NCBI GenBank assembly: GCA_904063045.1 | Contig: CAJFCJ010000025.1 | Location: 1,023,955-1,087,954 of the forward strand | Length of the DNA stretch: 64,000 bases | Source of the DNA: Dimorphilus gyrociliatus | Lineage: Eukaryota; Animalia; Annelida | Direction of reading: 5' to 3' | Shown here: piece after piece, positions 38,624-51,700 of the stretch | How positions within the stretch are numbered: position 1 is the stretch's first letter | Layout: every line of letters begins with the position of its first letter | Position numbers and translations under genes: made by a program | Notes under the pieces: generated by a model | Told to the model about the DNA's origin: nothing | Database searches by the model: none | Seen by the model: the letters and a program-made list of their open reading frames with translations, nothing else

Positions 38624-40013
38624 GCGTCTAATTAAAAAAAAACGCTTTAAATCTTTTCTTCTCTAAATTACCAATCGATAGATAATTTCGAATAATGATA
38701 AAGATTTCAAAGCCGAAATAGAAGTGCGCCCTCCAACGTATTACATACACAAAACGCTGGTTGGCTGTACCAGCTCTGAGGTACGTAGAGAGAATATCTT
38801 ATTAATGCTTAAAAAAATCTATACATTGATATATAGATTGATGTAGTAATAGAATGTCTATAGACGGACAAATACCGTAGTATTTCACATATAGAATGAG
38901 CAATGTATTGCACTTTGCGGAAACTCTATACAGTTTTGCAGAAGTATTTGCTGTATAATATATTCATTTATAACAGGTCCACCAAATTATCTATATATAT
39001 TATTCACAGCAAAAATGGACGATTAAAAATAAACCTCCTAATTAGCAAGATGAATGCCTTTCCTTGCTCACTCCTAAACGTTTCCAAGCGTCTAATTAAA
39101 GAAACGCAGCGAGTCGACGAAAAAAGTCGATCGATCGTCTGCGTTCCGACGCACTGCACCGCGTTTCTACCGACGTTTTCCCATTACGTAATCCATAAAA
39201 TAACATAATCTTTCGCTCCGTTCACTCTCTTTCTCCTTTTCTCTCTCTCTCTCTTTCTCTCACTCTTTATCTCTTATAATTTTGATTTAGGCGTCTACTC
39301 GACTATTGCCTAGACATTCCATTCCCGTATTAGATTGCCATCAGCAACGTCTATACAGCCTATCTTTATATCAAGTTCACTCGCGATAGTCGCATACAAA
39401 GAACTGTAAGCGAAAACTTGAAGGAGGAATATATTCACACTTACCAAGTGCTGATTAATAGAAATACTATTAAGGATATTGTTTTATATAAGCAATAGAC
39501 CGTCTCTCTGTCTATTTAAGAGAATGCACTATGTCTATATAGATAAGTACCTAAATGATGCCTATCGTAAAAGATCCTACAATATCATACTCTTGATATT
39601 TGTCCTTCACAAAAGCGTAAAGCGTCGTATAGAAAAATGCTAAATATATAGCATTTGTGCATGTACAGTGCAGTACGATCGTGCGCAACTGTAGCTTAGT
39701 TACATCACATACATCACGCATACTCAGCTTGCTAGACGACGTCAAGTAATGACTTCGATTCTAGTTTGGAGAAGAAATAAACAAAACCAGATCTTTTGTT
39801 ATTTCCTTACATCATTAAAAAAGAGCTTGTCCATTCGATTTCTCTGTCTACAATAAATTACAACTCGCTTCTTTGTAGGAATATCAATAATAAATTATAT
39901 ACTATACATATAGGTGTAAAGAACCTTATACCGCATTTTTATATACTCTATATCCTTGCAAGTAAGAATACGTATGTAGTGTGCACTCTATAAAAAATGA
40001 TTTTTTCTTTCTT

Positions 40014-40092
<79 letters not shown>

Positions 40093-42501
40093 CTCTCTAT
40101 CTTGTATTCCTTTTTTAATTCAACTTTATAACTAAATTCCATCATTAAGTAATAAAAAATAAATAAAAACTAGAATGACCACGAACAAAAAGTATCAGGT
40201 AACTATGAATTTGAACTCATAATTAATAAGACTAGTAGTGATCAATAGGTAACATTTAACGATTTCAAAGTATTATATGCTATTGTGTTAGATATCTTCG
40301 AGCGAAACTGAGAGAGACAGGCAGACAGACGGGGGCGGCGGCGGGGAGGACGGAGAAAGGACGGAGAGAGCGGGAGAAAAAAGTGAGAGGGGGGTTTAAA
40401 TAGAATAAAGTAGAAGAGAACGCATTTGCTACAGTAAAAATGGATGTATATGGAGTATAATAGAAACAGTAACATATAAAAAAAGAAAACAATAAAGGGA
40501 AAAAATCTTCGCTCTGATCGATAATTAAAAATCAAAGAAAGAAAAATAAAAGACACAGAAAGGAAAGAAGAGACTTAAGAGAGAAGAAAGAAGAAAGGAG
40601 AAAGGGGATGGCTTAGAAATGTAATAATATATAGATATACAGTATGTATATATACATATACATATATATGTGCATATGTATATTAATATATATATATATA
40701 TATAGATAGATTTTATAGATTTAAAAATGTATTGTTTTAATTACTTACATCAGGAATAGGTTTTTACAACGATGCCTTGTCGGATTGCGGATCTGTGGTC
40801 GAAGAGACGCTTACATCTTTCATTGTAAACTTGTATCTTGACCGTAAAGGCAGCAATAATAAGAAGAAAAGAAACGCTAGCTCCAAGCCAACATCTCTAG
40901 CAAATTTTCGCCGCCGTCTCCTACCGCAAAAAAATCCAGTGGCGCATGCGTAATGAAAGAAGCAACAGCGACGTCTAACGGCTATTAAATCGAGCTTATT
41001 AGAAATCAATGCATAAAGGCATGTAAATGCAGTCGTTAACTAGATAAATTAAGTAGTTCCATTGACGTTTTCTTTGGCATACCCGTTATAAAAGGTGTCT
41101 TAAGTCGTCAGTGTTGTTTTTTTTCTTTTCGGAATAGAATCGAGTCAATAAACGTCACCATGCAGTTGTTGCAGATACCAAAAATAGGCGTCTAGCTCAA
41201 TATCGATTTTGATAGACGTTTCAGTTCCAATTTTTTCGCAGTACCATTCGATAGCGTTTCCTGCGTAAATACGCCTATTAGACGCTTTTCATAAGCCTAC
41301 ATATGAAAAGAGGCGCTTGTACTTGAAATGTTACACTTTCATACACTGTGCACACAGCGATAGTGACAAAATTTTCGCGTGTGACGCTTTATATATTTGA
41401 TTAGTAGTCGCTGGAAAAGGTCAGTGCTGTGCTCGCACGGTTTCAGAGCAATTAAAGGAAAGACAGCATTTTCTGTGGATTTATATATATTCCATATACT
41501 GTATATGTATATACGTTTAACACTAGATAGCGATTTTGATAGAAAATTTAGACTAGACAAGGTAGAAAGATTGAGCGTCTCTCCTTTTTTGGCACATTGT
41601 TTTCTGTCTAGCGAAACGGTTATTGAAGGTTATTTATAAGCTATATATTAGGAATATGTGTAGGTCATGTACAAAATAGTGCGTTACCGTAAAATTAATA
41701 TATTTAGTTGGAAGATGGACGTGAAGAAAACGCAGATATATTCTCCTATATACTGTATATACTGTAAATATACTTTTTTATAATCTTTGGAGAAATATCA
41801 AGTCGAGATCGTCAAGCGTCTATATTCAAGTGAATTCTTTCTATAGTCGGCTCTGTATTAATTACATGTGGAGACAATGTAAAGCTATAGAGTAAACTCA
41901 TTAGCGAAGATTGATTAATTATTTGGTCTCTTTTTCCTACAAAAAAATAAAATAAAATATCTCTCTTTACTTTTTGTTCTTTTTCTTCCCTTTCATTCCC
42001 CATCTTCTTATTCTTATTCTTTCTTTTTACTCTTTTTTTTCTTTTCTTCTTTTAGGTGTTTAAAATGAAAACTAAAAAGAAAAACAGTAAACGAGAATCG
42101 AAATTCTCTTCGCCATAGCTACGATCGTCGATTTGTTCGATTTCCGCCCCGAATCGCTCGATCGTTAGCCGTCAAAGAACGGCGTCTAATGAAGGCAGTC
42201 TAGCTCGTCAACCGCCAATTTTTTTTGACATTGGCCGACTGACGAAGAAAGATGGCTGCCGATCGATAACCCAAACTAATACGCAATCAAAACAATCGTG
42301 CGTCTCTTCAACAGCCTACAGCCTTATCTGCCGCTTTCCAGGCGCCATGTTTGTTTGTTTGTTTGTTGACGAGAAAAAACTCGACGGCGTCTAATGAGCT
42401 TTCGTTGTTCGTAATGCTGCCCTTGAGGCGTCTGTTGCTATATTTTGAAGCAGCAGAATAAGCGAAAGAGAGAGCGAGAGCGAGAGAGGGAAGGAGAGAG
42501 A

Positions 42502-42541
<40 letters not shown>

Positions 42542-42938
42542 AGAAAGGAAGAAGTGACACTAAGAACGAGTGAAAGAAAGCGAACAGTAGAAGACTGAGA
42601 ATATGTGGTGTGCACGTATGTGCCTATATAAATATTATATTTATGTAGGTATGTTTATCTGTCCATCCATCTATATATATATATATAAGTCTGTCTGTCT
42701 GTCTGTCTGTCTTGCCTATGATGTCGTTTTTTTTTTCATTTTGTTAATGAATGTAATATAAAGATTTATTGAATTACATTTTAAGCCGTTCCGAGGTGCT
42801 GCCATGCACCTACACGTCAATGATTAGAGTTCGCCTAGCACACCTGCCTTCATAGCCTTTGAGCATCTCAACCATATACCGTGTGTGGTATATTTTATGC
42901 CTATTTTCACCTTAGCACAGTCATGCTTTATGAAAGGC

Positions 42939-42983
<45 letters not shown>

Positions 42984-43172
42984 CAGGCAGATAAATAGAT
43001 ATATAGATATATAGATGAGGATAAGGAAGTCTTCAATAAACTACTTTCTAATAAACTATTATAGTAACGCGTACAGAAATCTATGCCTCCATTTTATACA
43101 TATATCTAAGAGATGATAGGAAAAATAAGTAAAATATCTCCTAACTTTTAACTTTTCTCTTAGTTTAGACGC
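38624..43172. promoter_or_regulatory. Cluster of GCGTCTA(AT) motifs upstream of mir-124 (candidate cis-regulatory sites)
   Basis: GCGTCTA occurs at 38624, 39088, 39291, 41188, 41279 (rc), 41816, 42182, 42387 and 43166 (rc); five of these extend to GCGTCTAAT. Function is inferred only. Confidence 0.45.
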
Positions 43173-44740
43173 CTAATTCATTTAATTCTCGATTATGAAT
43201 TAATATTCTCTATTGCTGTTTAACTTTTAAAATAGTAAGTCATAGATTTAACGAGATCAAACAAACTAAGAATACAGTTGAGTCTACTATTATTATGATT
43301 ATTATTCTCCTTTATAATAACATGTCAAAAGCAATAAGACTATATTGATTCTATCCCAAGAAATATGTATAAAATCTGATAAATACAAATTTAAGAGTTT
43401 CTATATTTAATATTTTTCCCCAAAGTCGTAATTGGAAAAGGGAAATTTGCAGATGAAGGGAATCTATCCATCTCTCCATCTATCAGTCAGACATGGTAGA
43501 AAACGTTTACTCTTTACAAAGTGAGAGAGAGAGGGGGAGAGAGAGACAGAGAGACAGAGAGTGAGATTAAAAGAATAAGAAAAAAAAAGAGGACAAAAAG
43601 GGGCGTCCAAGGGCTTTTTCTAAGACATTTAAAAGATGAAACAGGCAATGACATTATGTAGTGTAAGGTATAAAATCGCTGTAATATTTAACGCTTATAT
43701 ACAGTATATCGTCATATAATTGCAGAATGACTTTGTCGCTACATCCTCTTACTCTAGTAAATAGTGATATTTATCAAAATTCTACCATATACTGTATATA
43801 TTCTACTGCTTAGACGTATAAATCATTATCAATTCATTAAATTCTCGTCTGCTTTGAAAAACGAAAAGAGTTATCGCACTGATTTTTTCATTTGCATAAT
43901 AAACAAGTTATTAAACTGGATGCCTGAAGCAAATTCCAACATCAAACTGGCGTAAATCTGTCTGTAATTAACTGACTCTTCTATGCTGTTCAATTATGCA
44001 GAAAAATTTGGCGGACCATCATCTTAACGGAAACTACATGACATACTTTTAATTATTCACATTACACTTTTACTTTTCTCATATTTTCATCTGAATTAAC
44101 CGCTCGCCCCCTCTACACTCTGCCACAAGGTAGAGTTTAACAACAAACCAACAGCGTCATCTGTGAGACTTTGCGAAGCTCAATAATGGTACTCTGACAA
44201 AGGGCGCCCCCTCTGTGAGAGCTACGTTATCGAAGGTTAACTAGGTACGTTATAGTAAAAAAAGTAGAAACTAAACATTGACACCTAAATGACTAATAGG
44301 TGAATAGCACTAGCGCTAGCAAATCTGGAATATTTACGATTATCGGCCAACCGTTTTACGATTTAATTCATGTGAGAAACAAGTATTGCAATTAAAATCA
44401 GGTGTTCTATTTGAACACGATTTATTTTCTCTATATACTTTACCATGATATTTACAATTAAAAGGTAAAATAACGTCAAATTTGACTAAATTCATAATTT
44501 ACACATATATGCAGGTGGACAGCATATTCAATCTAATAATGCAAACACTGTATAGGCCTCAAACATTCTAACCTTACTCAAAAATAAATTAAAATGTGCT
44601 ATCGGTGTGAATGCTACTGATTGATTTTGCACATTTCAGATTTGGCTGTTAACAATCAATGATGAAATATATACATAGATATACATTTGCACTCTCATCA
44701 GCTTTTACTTAAGATAATAACAAATTTATTTCTTATACAG

Positions 44741-45230
44741 AAGAGGAAATCATTCATGTAGGGTTTTATTTCAAGAGAATACAAGGTGATTGGTCGAAAT
44801 CTTTACGGATATGTCATGAGCGAGACTGTACCTTATTCATTACTACTCGCCAGCAACGTTTTTCTCTTAATAGAAATTTTTATCACCTCTATCAAAGATT
44901 TACTTTGACCTGGAGAACTATTATTGATAAGTGGCAAGGATGCGAAGATATTGCTATGTCTTTTATGCTTGCCGATTTTAATAAAACGTTTATTATTCTC
45001 CTATCGTATGACTGCTGGCGATATGCTTACACTGATAAGCTAAATCAAGACGTCTTCCTTAAATAATAAATTTTCCGGCTTCATATATTTTCCTTAAACT
45101 TGACTCTTTCTCTCTTTCGTTTGTCACCTTCTATAAAACGATTAATTGTATTGGTGAATTATAGGCGATTTGAATAACGATAAACGTCGGCAAAGTTAAA
45201 GTAAGGGGAAAAATTACAGAGATATCAGTA
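44741..45230 (+). pseudogene. GT64 (EXTL2-like) exon-2 pseudogene fragment
   Basis: After an AG acceptor: KRKSFM*GFISREYKVIGRNLYGYVMSETVPYSLLLASNVF, a frameshift, then IDKWQGCEDIAMSFMLAD. A VKVRGKITEI remnant lies at about 45195-45230. Confidence 0.85.
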
Positions 45231-45293
45231 AGTTGTAAGTAGTTTGTTTTGCTGTTTAGAAATACACTTGTTTATGAATAATTTCACCTAATT

Positions 45294-45501
45294 GGGGCCG
45301 ACAGAAAACGTCCCCAAATGAGATTTTTGAAAGCAACATTTCGGATTGAAAAATGGTTAGGAGGGGTAAAGTGGCTTTGGATTTATAGTTAGGGGGGTTC
45401 CATCTAAGGGTTAGGAGCAATCAAAAAGGTTAAGGAGAGACAAGGGCTAGGTTAGGGTTAGGGTTAAATCATGAATTTGGGGACGTTTTCTGTCGTATCC
45501 C
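45294..45501. mobile_element. MITE-like element of about 210 bp with 21-bp perfect terminal inverted repeats
   Basis: CGACAGAAAACGTCCCCAAAT at 45299-45319 and its reverse complement at 45475-45495. It has internal GGTTAG repeats and flanking TAATT(T) direct repeats, and is absent from the duplicated copy at about 51900. Confidence 0.8.
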
Positions 45502-46391
45502 ACGTAATTTGGTCGTGCAAATACATAAACTCCCGCTCATATCGGCGAGTCACGACTGCTTTTTTTTTAAGTAGATAACAGATAGGCGTTTATCACGAGG
45601 CGGCTGTATTTACTGCCTGTTGAAGTAAAATATTGTAGATTTCCCATATCTCCTATGGGTTGGGTTGAACACGCCTGTTCAATGTTCATTGTCCGCATTA
45701 TCTAGAACAGTGTATTTTACAATAGGCTAATTAGACGTGTTTAGCGGCTCGTCGCTAAACAGAATTCGGTAGTACTCTACTTTGTCCTAATCGGTAAAGA
45801 TTGAAAGAGCTATTTAAGAAGAACGTTTAAGCTTTATTGACGATACTTGAATGAATAAGTTAATCGAGAACGAATCTGGAATGAGTCGTACGCATAGAAA
45901 TTAATAATAGCAAGTAGAATAACTTACTAACTTGCTATCTCTTGTTTCTTTAAAGTACTTAATTAATCTTTTATCAATACTTTAAAAAAAAACGGGAAGT
46001 TTTAAATAGATAATTTCGAGAAACCTCAAAATTAAAGAGTTATTGAATCTATATACTGCATTTTTGATTACATACTTAAAACTTTAATATTTAAATATTA
46101 TAAAATTTCTCCTTGACAGATTTTGAGAGTTTAACTATCTGACTCTCACTTTCAATTGCCTGTATTACGTTATGTTTATACATTTTGTTTCTATTATACA
46201 TTATGATCAATCAGCTAAATGAACGCAGGGCTCTCAATATGTATAAAAGAGCACTGTTTAAATTATGCATATATGAATTAAATTATATATACTGTGAATA
46301 TATTTAATGATTTTGTGATAAAACATAAAATTTCGATATCAATTTAGAATAACAGTTAGGATGTTCATAGAGTATGAACGAATTTACATTA

Positions 46392-47538
46392 CTACACAAG
46401 TATTTTTGAATGTTTTATTAGAGGAAAGTTTGCGTAGCGTTCAGAAAATCTGTTTAGGCAATAAGATCTTTGAAAATGATGGCCTTTTCTTTTCGATAAA
46501 CCTTTATACTTTCCACTTTCTCGTATATCTTTAAGCTTTCCTTTGACCTTTATTGCGCTCGTGTTGCCCTTATTCAAGTCGGCTATCATAAAGCTCATCG
46601 CAATGTCTTCGCAACCCTGCCATCTATCTATTGAAGTCTTCCATTCCTTAATATAATTCCCGTAGAGAGCGTAAAATCTCCGATGAAGAAATATGTTGTT
46701 GGCAAGAAGGAACGAATAAGGTACAGTCTCTTTCATAACATACTCGTACAGATTTCTACCAATCACATTGTGACTCCTTGATATAAAACCATACATAAAA
46801 TGTTTTTCTTTCTGCAAAATAGAGACAAAATAGAATCTTTCTTTATTTGATTCGTTAATGAAAAAACTGCAATAACTACGCAAAAGCAACTACTAAAAGT
46901 CCTATTCCCTTTATCAATTTCTTAAAAATTAATGTCAAACTAGTACACTCTTTCCGGCCTGCTTTGCTCACCTTCCAATGTTGAAATGCTCTGCTGACAG
47001 CACCTTCGTCTATAAGAATATCATCGTCAACGTTCAAGACCGCTTCCGTATCGATTGTAGGATATGGAAAATATCTTAATCTTATCAAGTTGGGCATCCA
47101 ATAAACTTCAATAATAACTTTATTATCCTTATTAACATATTTAGAAATTTCGTTTCCTGTAGGTATCCTCTCCTCATTGAACCAAATAATTATTATCTTC
47201 GATATATTCTTGAAATTTGCGTAGTGCTTAACGGCTCTTCTAATTAGATTAGTGCGATGATATGTCGGTATAACTATAGTATACTTGGAGTCTGCCGAAA
47301 ATTTGACAAATCGCGGTACACTTTCTAAACGTTGCTCTTCCAAATAAGTATATGTTCTATAAATTATATTGGAACTCCTAAACTCTTCTTCATCTGTCAA
47401 CGGAACAGCGTCACTTCCCAAACCCAAACGTGTCTTTAATTGAGGAGACAACGTTACATATGCGAACGATAATAGAAAAAAGGCAGCTATTATAACTCCA
47501 AATAGTACTACTGGGTTTCGTCTAATTCCAATTGACAT
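46392..47538 (-). CDS. Exostosin-like family 64 glycosyltransferase (EXTL2-like stand-alone GT64), intact, 2 exons (47538-46972, 46811-46392), about 328 aa
   Basis: N-terminal type II TM; YTIVIPTYHR, IIIIWFN, RYFPYPTIDTEAVLNVDDD (DxD), CEDIAMSF and GLS..HHFQRSYCLNRF..Y..FPL. The GT-AG intron joins in frame. Confidence 0.9.
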
Positions 47539-47824
47539 TATCTACTCTAAAAGTCTAAATAAAAGCTTGTTTTAATTGACTTTAAATAATGTTTACTACT
47601 AGAGATTATTTGAATTTCAGCTTTTCGTCTCGTTACCTTTATGGATGCGTTTGTTTTCTTTTCTTGGTAAATTTTCAAAACTATTCGCAGAGGCGTTTAA
47701 TAATCCTTCCTGTCCACTGTAGTTGTAGAATGGGAGAAAAAGACGCAGAGAAGGCATAAAGATGAATTGGTGTAGAGATACAAAAATAAGGAGAGTGCGT
47801 TTTCGAAAAAGAGAGAGATGTATA

Positions 47825-48619
47825 AAGTGTAAAATAGTCTGCATAAATATTGGAACATCATAAATTTTTATAGGCTGAACAAGATAACAGATTTTTCTTT
47901 TTTTTTCTATCTTAAATATCTAGATTAAACGTAGATTTATTTATAAATGTCTTATAAATAGAATCGGAGTAAGTATTTATATAGTTTGCTGGTTTGATAT
48001 TATGTATTGTTTTATTGATTTTTTTTTCTTATTTGGCCGCGCCGCATAATAATTGGAACAGGGGGTTTAATGTTCATGTTTTTTCTATTTTTCAATGTGA
48101 CCACCCTCTTTTTCTAAACACTTGCTGACTCTAGACCCCATTCCTCTGTATAAATTTGGCAACAAGTCGGGTTGCCTTTTTACAACCTCATAACAACACT
48201 TTTGGGTTTTCTTCCAAAATTCCTCCTCAAATTCGAATTGTGGATCATCATAAACAAGTTTTTTGGTGAGGTGCCACATATTCTCAATTGGGTTGAGGTC
48301 AGGGCTCTTTGCTGGCAAATCAAGAGGGTGGATGCTATTCATCTGAAGGGCTCTTTTAGTTGTCCTAGCAGTATGGCACCCAGCATTGTCTTGCTGGAGA
48401 ATGTATGTAATGTTCACCCTGCCTATGTCTCTCTCTGTAAGTCTCTTTGGACGACCCCTATTGTCCTGTTCTGGAGGATTGTATCATAGAATTTTTTTTC
48501 CAATATTACTTGAATATTACTCTTTATCTATATAAATTTAGACAAAAAACACTTTTTACCGTTATTTTAAATTTAGCTTATCAAAATTTAGGATGTTCCA
48601 AAATTTATGCGGATTACTG
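47825..48619 (-). mobile_element. Internally deleted Tc1/mariner element
   Basis: ORF 48085-48417 contains QQDNAGCH and PAKSPDLNPIENMW (Tc1 DDE C-terminus). Imperfect TIRs of about 40 bp (GCATAAAT.TTGGAACATC.TAAATTTT) and TA on both sides. An empty site GATGTA-TA-TAATTGCTG is present at about 53428-53444. Confidence 0.88.
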
Positions 48620-49247
48620 TATAATTGCTGTTGTTGATACACTATCAAGAATTTTGATGCAAGTATACAATTTAAGAATTATACAGTGATTGTTTATACT
48701 ATATGCGTAAAAACAATAATCAATAATCAGTTTGTAAAACTAAACTAGTAATTACTATAACCACTTTTTAAGCTTTTATACGAACTGCATACTGTAAAGT
48801 AATATGATGATTTTTTTTACTTTGGCAGTGTTTCTATATATAGTTTTTATGCCAAATTGTTCGCATAAAGAGTGCAGAGCGAACTATTTTCTCTAAAAAT
48901 TGATTAAATAATCAAATAAAAACAAAAATTAATGCACCGTAATTTTATGTTTTATTCGGAATTTTTCCTTTTCTTTTAGGATTATAGGATTTCTCTTTCT
49001 CTTCTTCTTTCACCCCACTATTTAATCTTCTTTATGTCTTTTTATATAGCTTAATAATTCCTTCCCTTTTTTGCTTCTAAATTATTACAAGTTATATTTA
49101 GTCATGGATAGGGTGGGGTAGGGTGTAGTGGGGTTTGTAGAACAGAAGGATGACTTGAACAATCAGAACTAGGAAATCAGAAAGAAGATGATGAAGAAGA
49201 AGAGCATAAAAAGATATAAAGGGGTATAGTATATACAGTATATACAG

Positions 49248-49279
<32 letters not shown>

Positions 49280-49439
49280 ATGGATCCTTTAAATAGCATT
49301 GTACACAATTGGGCATCTACTAAATCTACAGCCAATAGAATATAACGAAAGAATGAATGAAACAAAGAGAGAAAGAGAAAGAAACAGTGAAAAAGTATAC
49401 AATATAACGTAAGATAGACAAAGGTACTATGTGCTATTA

Positions 49440-50390
49440 AGTAGCAAAGCAAAAGTGATTAGAAATTTGTAATTAGTTATTAGTATTAATAAAGAATATT
49501 ACTGTCTGTGCTTGACACTTTGTATTATTTCGGAAGAAAGTATTCTATCATAATATTTCTTTCAAATTTAACTGTATTATCGCTCTCCATCACTTGCTTC
49601 AATGGCGACGGAGAGGAACATGAGCGAAATGAATGGATGACTGACAATATTTTAAAATGATGCTATCAAAATTACAATAAATTATAATATCTGATTAAAA
49701 AAAACAGAATTAAAAAAAAGAAACTTACGTCTATCCTCTCGGGGTTCTTTTCCTGAATTTAATTATCCTCACACCTGTGCGTTTTTTCCCTATTCCATTT
49801 TACCAAGGTAGAGACGCCCCGATAGCAAAGCCATCTGCAGTCGAAGTATATGCATTATTTTACATTATGTAGCCTAACAGCGAAAACACTGTTCCCTATT
49901 GATTTACTGGATTATTTATTTATTCTCCCGTTTACTATTTCGTTCAAAATGTTAACGCTATTTCTGTTTAATTGAACTCAGGTAACCTAATAAAATTCAA
50001 AATATTGTATATACACTTTATCCTATAAATTAATACACAGGGACTGTTTTAAACGGATTATTTTCCCATTTTTTTTCAATATTCCTCATGAAAAATCTAG
50101 CAGAAGAGCTAATCTTTCTAATTTATAGTCAATAAAGATTCTTGTTGATTACAGGGATAACCGAATAAAATCAAACGCATCATTCGAAATTGGAGGAAGA
50201 GGCGTTGGAGTAGTTATATTATCTTGTTGTAGTTTATTTTCCAAGTCTTTCTTGCCAAAGATTTTCAAGTAAATTGAATAAAAGAGGTGGGAAATCGAAT
50301 TACTAAAATCAGAACATTTTTAAAGAGTCGATTGTCTTTCAACATTTAAACTTTTTGTTGTATCTAGAGAATAAAATGAGCTAGTCATCT
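49440..50390 (+). repeat. Segmental duplication (copy at about 54925-55880)
   Basis: High-identity non-coding match by eye; an adjacent, more diverged match links about 48620-49400 to about 53436-54215. Confidence 0.9.
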
Positions 50391-50420
50391 AATAGAGAGA
50401 GAGACAGAGACAGAGACAGA

Positions 50421-50700
50421 GATGTCCTTTTCCCTTCGATAATCCTTTATATGCACCGATGTCTCTGATATCCTTATAGGAGCCTTTCACCTTAATTGCA
50501 CTATCTTTGCTACCATTCAAGTCCGCAAACATAAAACTCAGAGCGATATCCTTACACGATTGCCACCTATCTATGGTGTTTTCCCATTGCTTAAAGTAAT
50601 CTTGATGTGTTCTAGTCTATTATCTATGCATAAATATATTGTTGGCAAGAAGAAAAGAGTAGGGAACAGTTTCATCCATAACGTATTCGTACAGATTTCT
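50421..50700 (-). pseudogene. GT64 exon-2 fragment derived from the 56006-57205 gene
   Basis: Matches about 56092-56370 but carries two in-frame stops (MHR**TR), CEDI changed to CKDI, and is truncated at both ends. Confidence 0.88.
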
Positions 50701-50731
50701 AAGTATTACTGTATGGCTTCTCGCTCATTAA

Positions 50732-51700
50732 ACGATCGGTTCGTCATTATTCTCAATTTAGTAATGTTTCAAAGATCATCATTGTTTGGTTCAATGAAGA
50801 ACAATTGCCTTCGAAACTGGACGTGAAACAGAATTACATGTCTAAAAAGAGTAAAGTCAACTTGGAATTTTACTGGATGGATAATTATATGAGATTGAGA
50901 TATTATCCTTATCCTACAATCGATACGGAGGCGGTCTTGAACGTTAACGATGATATTCTTATAGCTGAAGAAGCTGCTTTTAAAGCTTTCAAATATTGGC
51001 AGGTGATAAGTCGTTTTACGTGAATTGCATTTATACAATCATTTACATTGTGTATTGTATTCGCACTATCATTTTTACTTTTTCCTTTAATCAATCAGTT
51101 AAGCAGAGTTATCATTTGACTACTGTTATTGTATTATACTGGCGAGTTTCTCTATTGATTTATCGAATAATTAAGTTTTACTGGAGTTGGACGAAATCTT
51201 CTATCGTAAGTAGTTAAAAGAATATCACTACTCACTGATAGTTATTGATACGATGATTTTCTGTATATACAGTCCCAATAAACGTTCTCAGAGTGGAAAA
51301 AGTGAATTATTTAACTGATAGGACTTGCTTAATTACCTTTTTTTGTTTAGAATGAAGGATAAGAGATATATACAACCGAATTTATAGATAGAATTCATTA
51401 AAAAATTTTTCCTGCTTTAACAGTATTTTTTATTTTAAAATTTTCAAAAACAAAGTGGAGAGAAAATTTCGGCCATGTTTCGTAAAAATACGAGATATCC
51501 GCGAGGGCGCTCCAAAGCAAGCCTATCAAGGATTATCAAAGAGAGAGAGAGTCATCTATTTCAGAGATCGTATTGTTTGAATAGATTCGCGGAACAATAC
51601 GACACTTTTCCTTTGAAAAAGCACCATAAAGTACTCTCCGAAGGACCAAATCTGAAATGTTATTTTAATTTATTCTTATTGACATATTTAACTAAAAAAT
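50732..51700 (+). pseudogene. GT64 pseudogene pieces (exon-1 part 50732-51002; C-terminal part about 51520-51700)
   Basis: VRHYSQFSNVSKIIIVWFNEE..RYYPYPTIDTEAVLNVNDD..YWQ followed by GT; later HLFQRSYCLNRFAEQYDTFPL with a GA-repeat frameshift. No N-terminus, the middle of exon 2 is missing, and DDD is changed to NDD. Confidence 0.85.

Noticed and set aside
36737-43036. Short ORFs in the non-coding block (e.g. 36744-37046, 38018-38338, 40764-41009, 42391-42615)
   Set aside because: Low-complexity or microsatellite-derived, with no recognisable domains.
34300-44700. tRNAs, snRNAs or further conserved microRNAs
   Set aside because: A by-eye scan for common mature miRNA and snRNA/tRNA signatures found only partial seed matches (e.g. 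TATTGCAC at about 38926, TTTGTTCG at about 42132) without supporting hairpins.
45448-45466. TTAGGG repeats as a telomere remnant
   Set aside because: Only 2-3 units, and they lie inside a TIR-bounded MITE.
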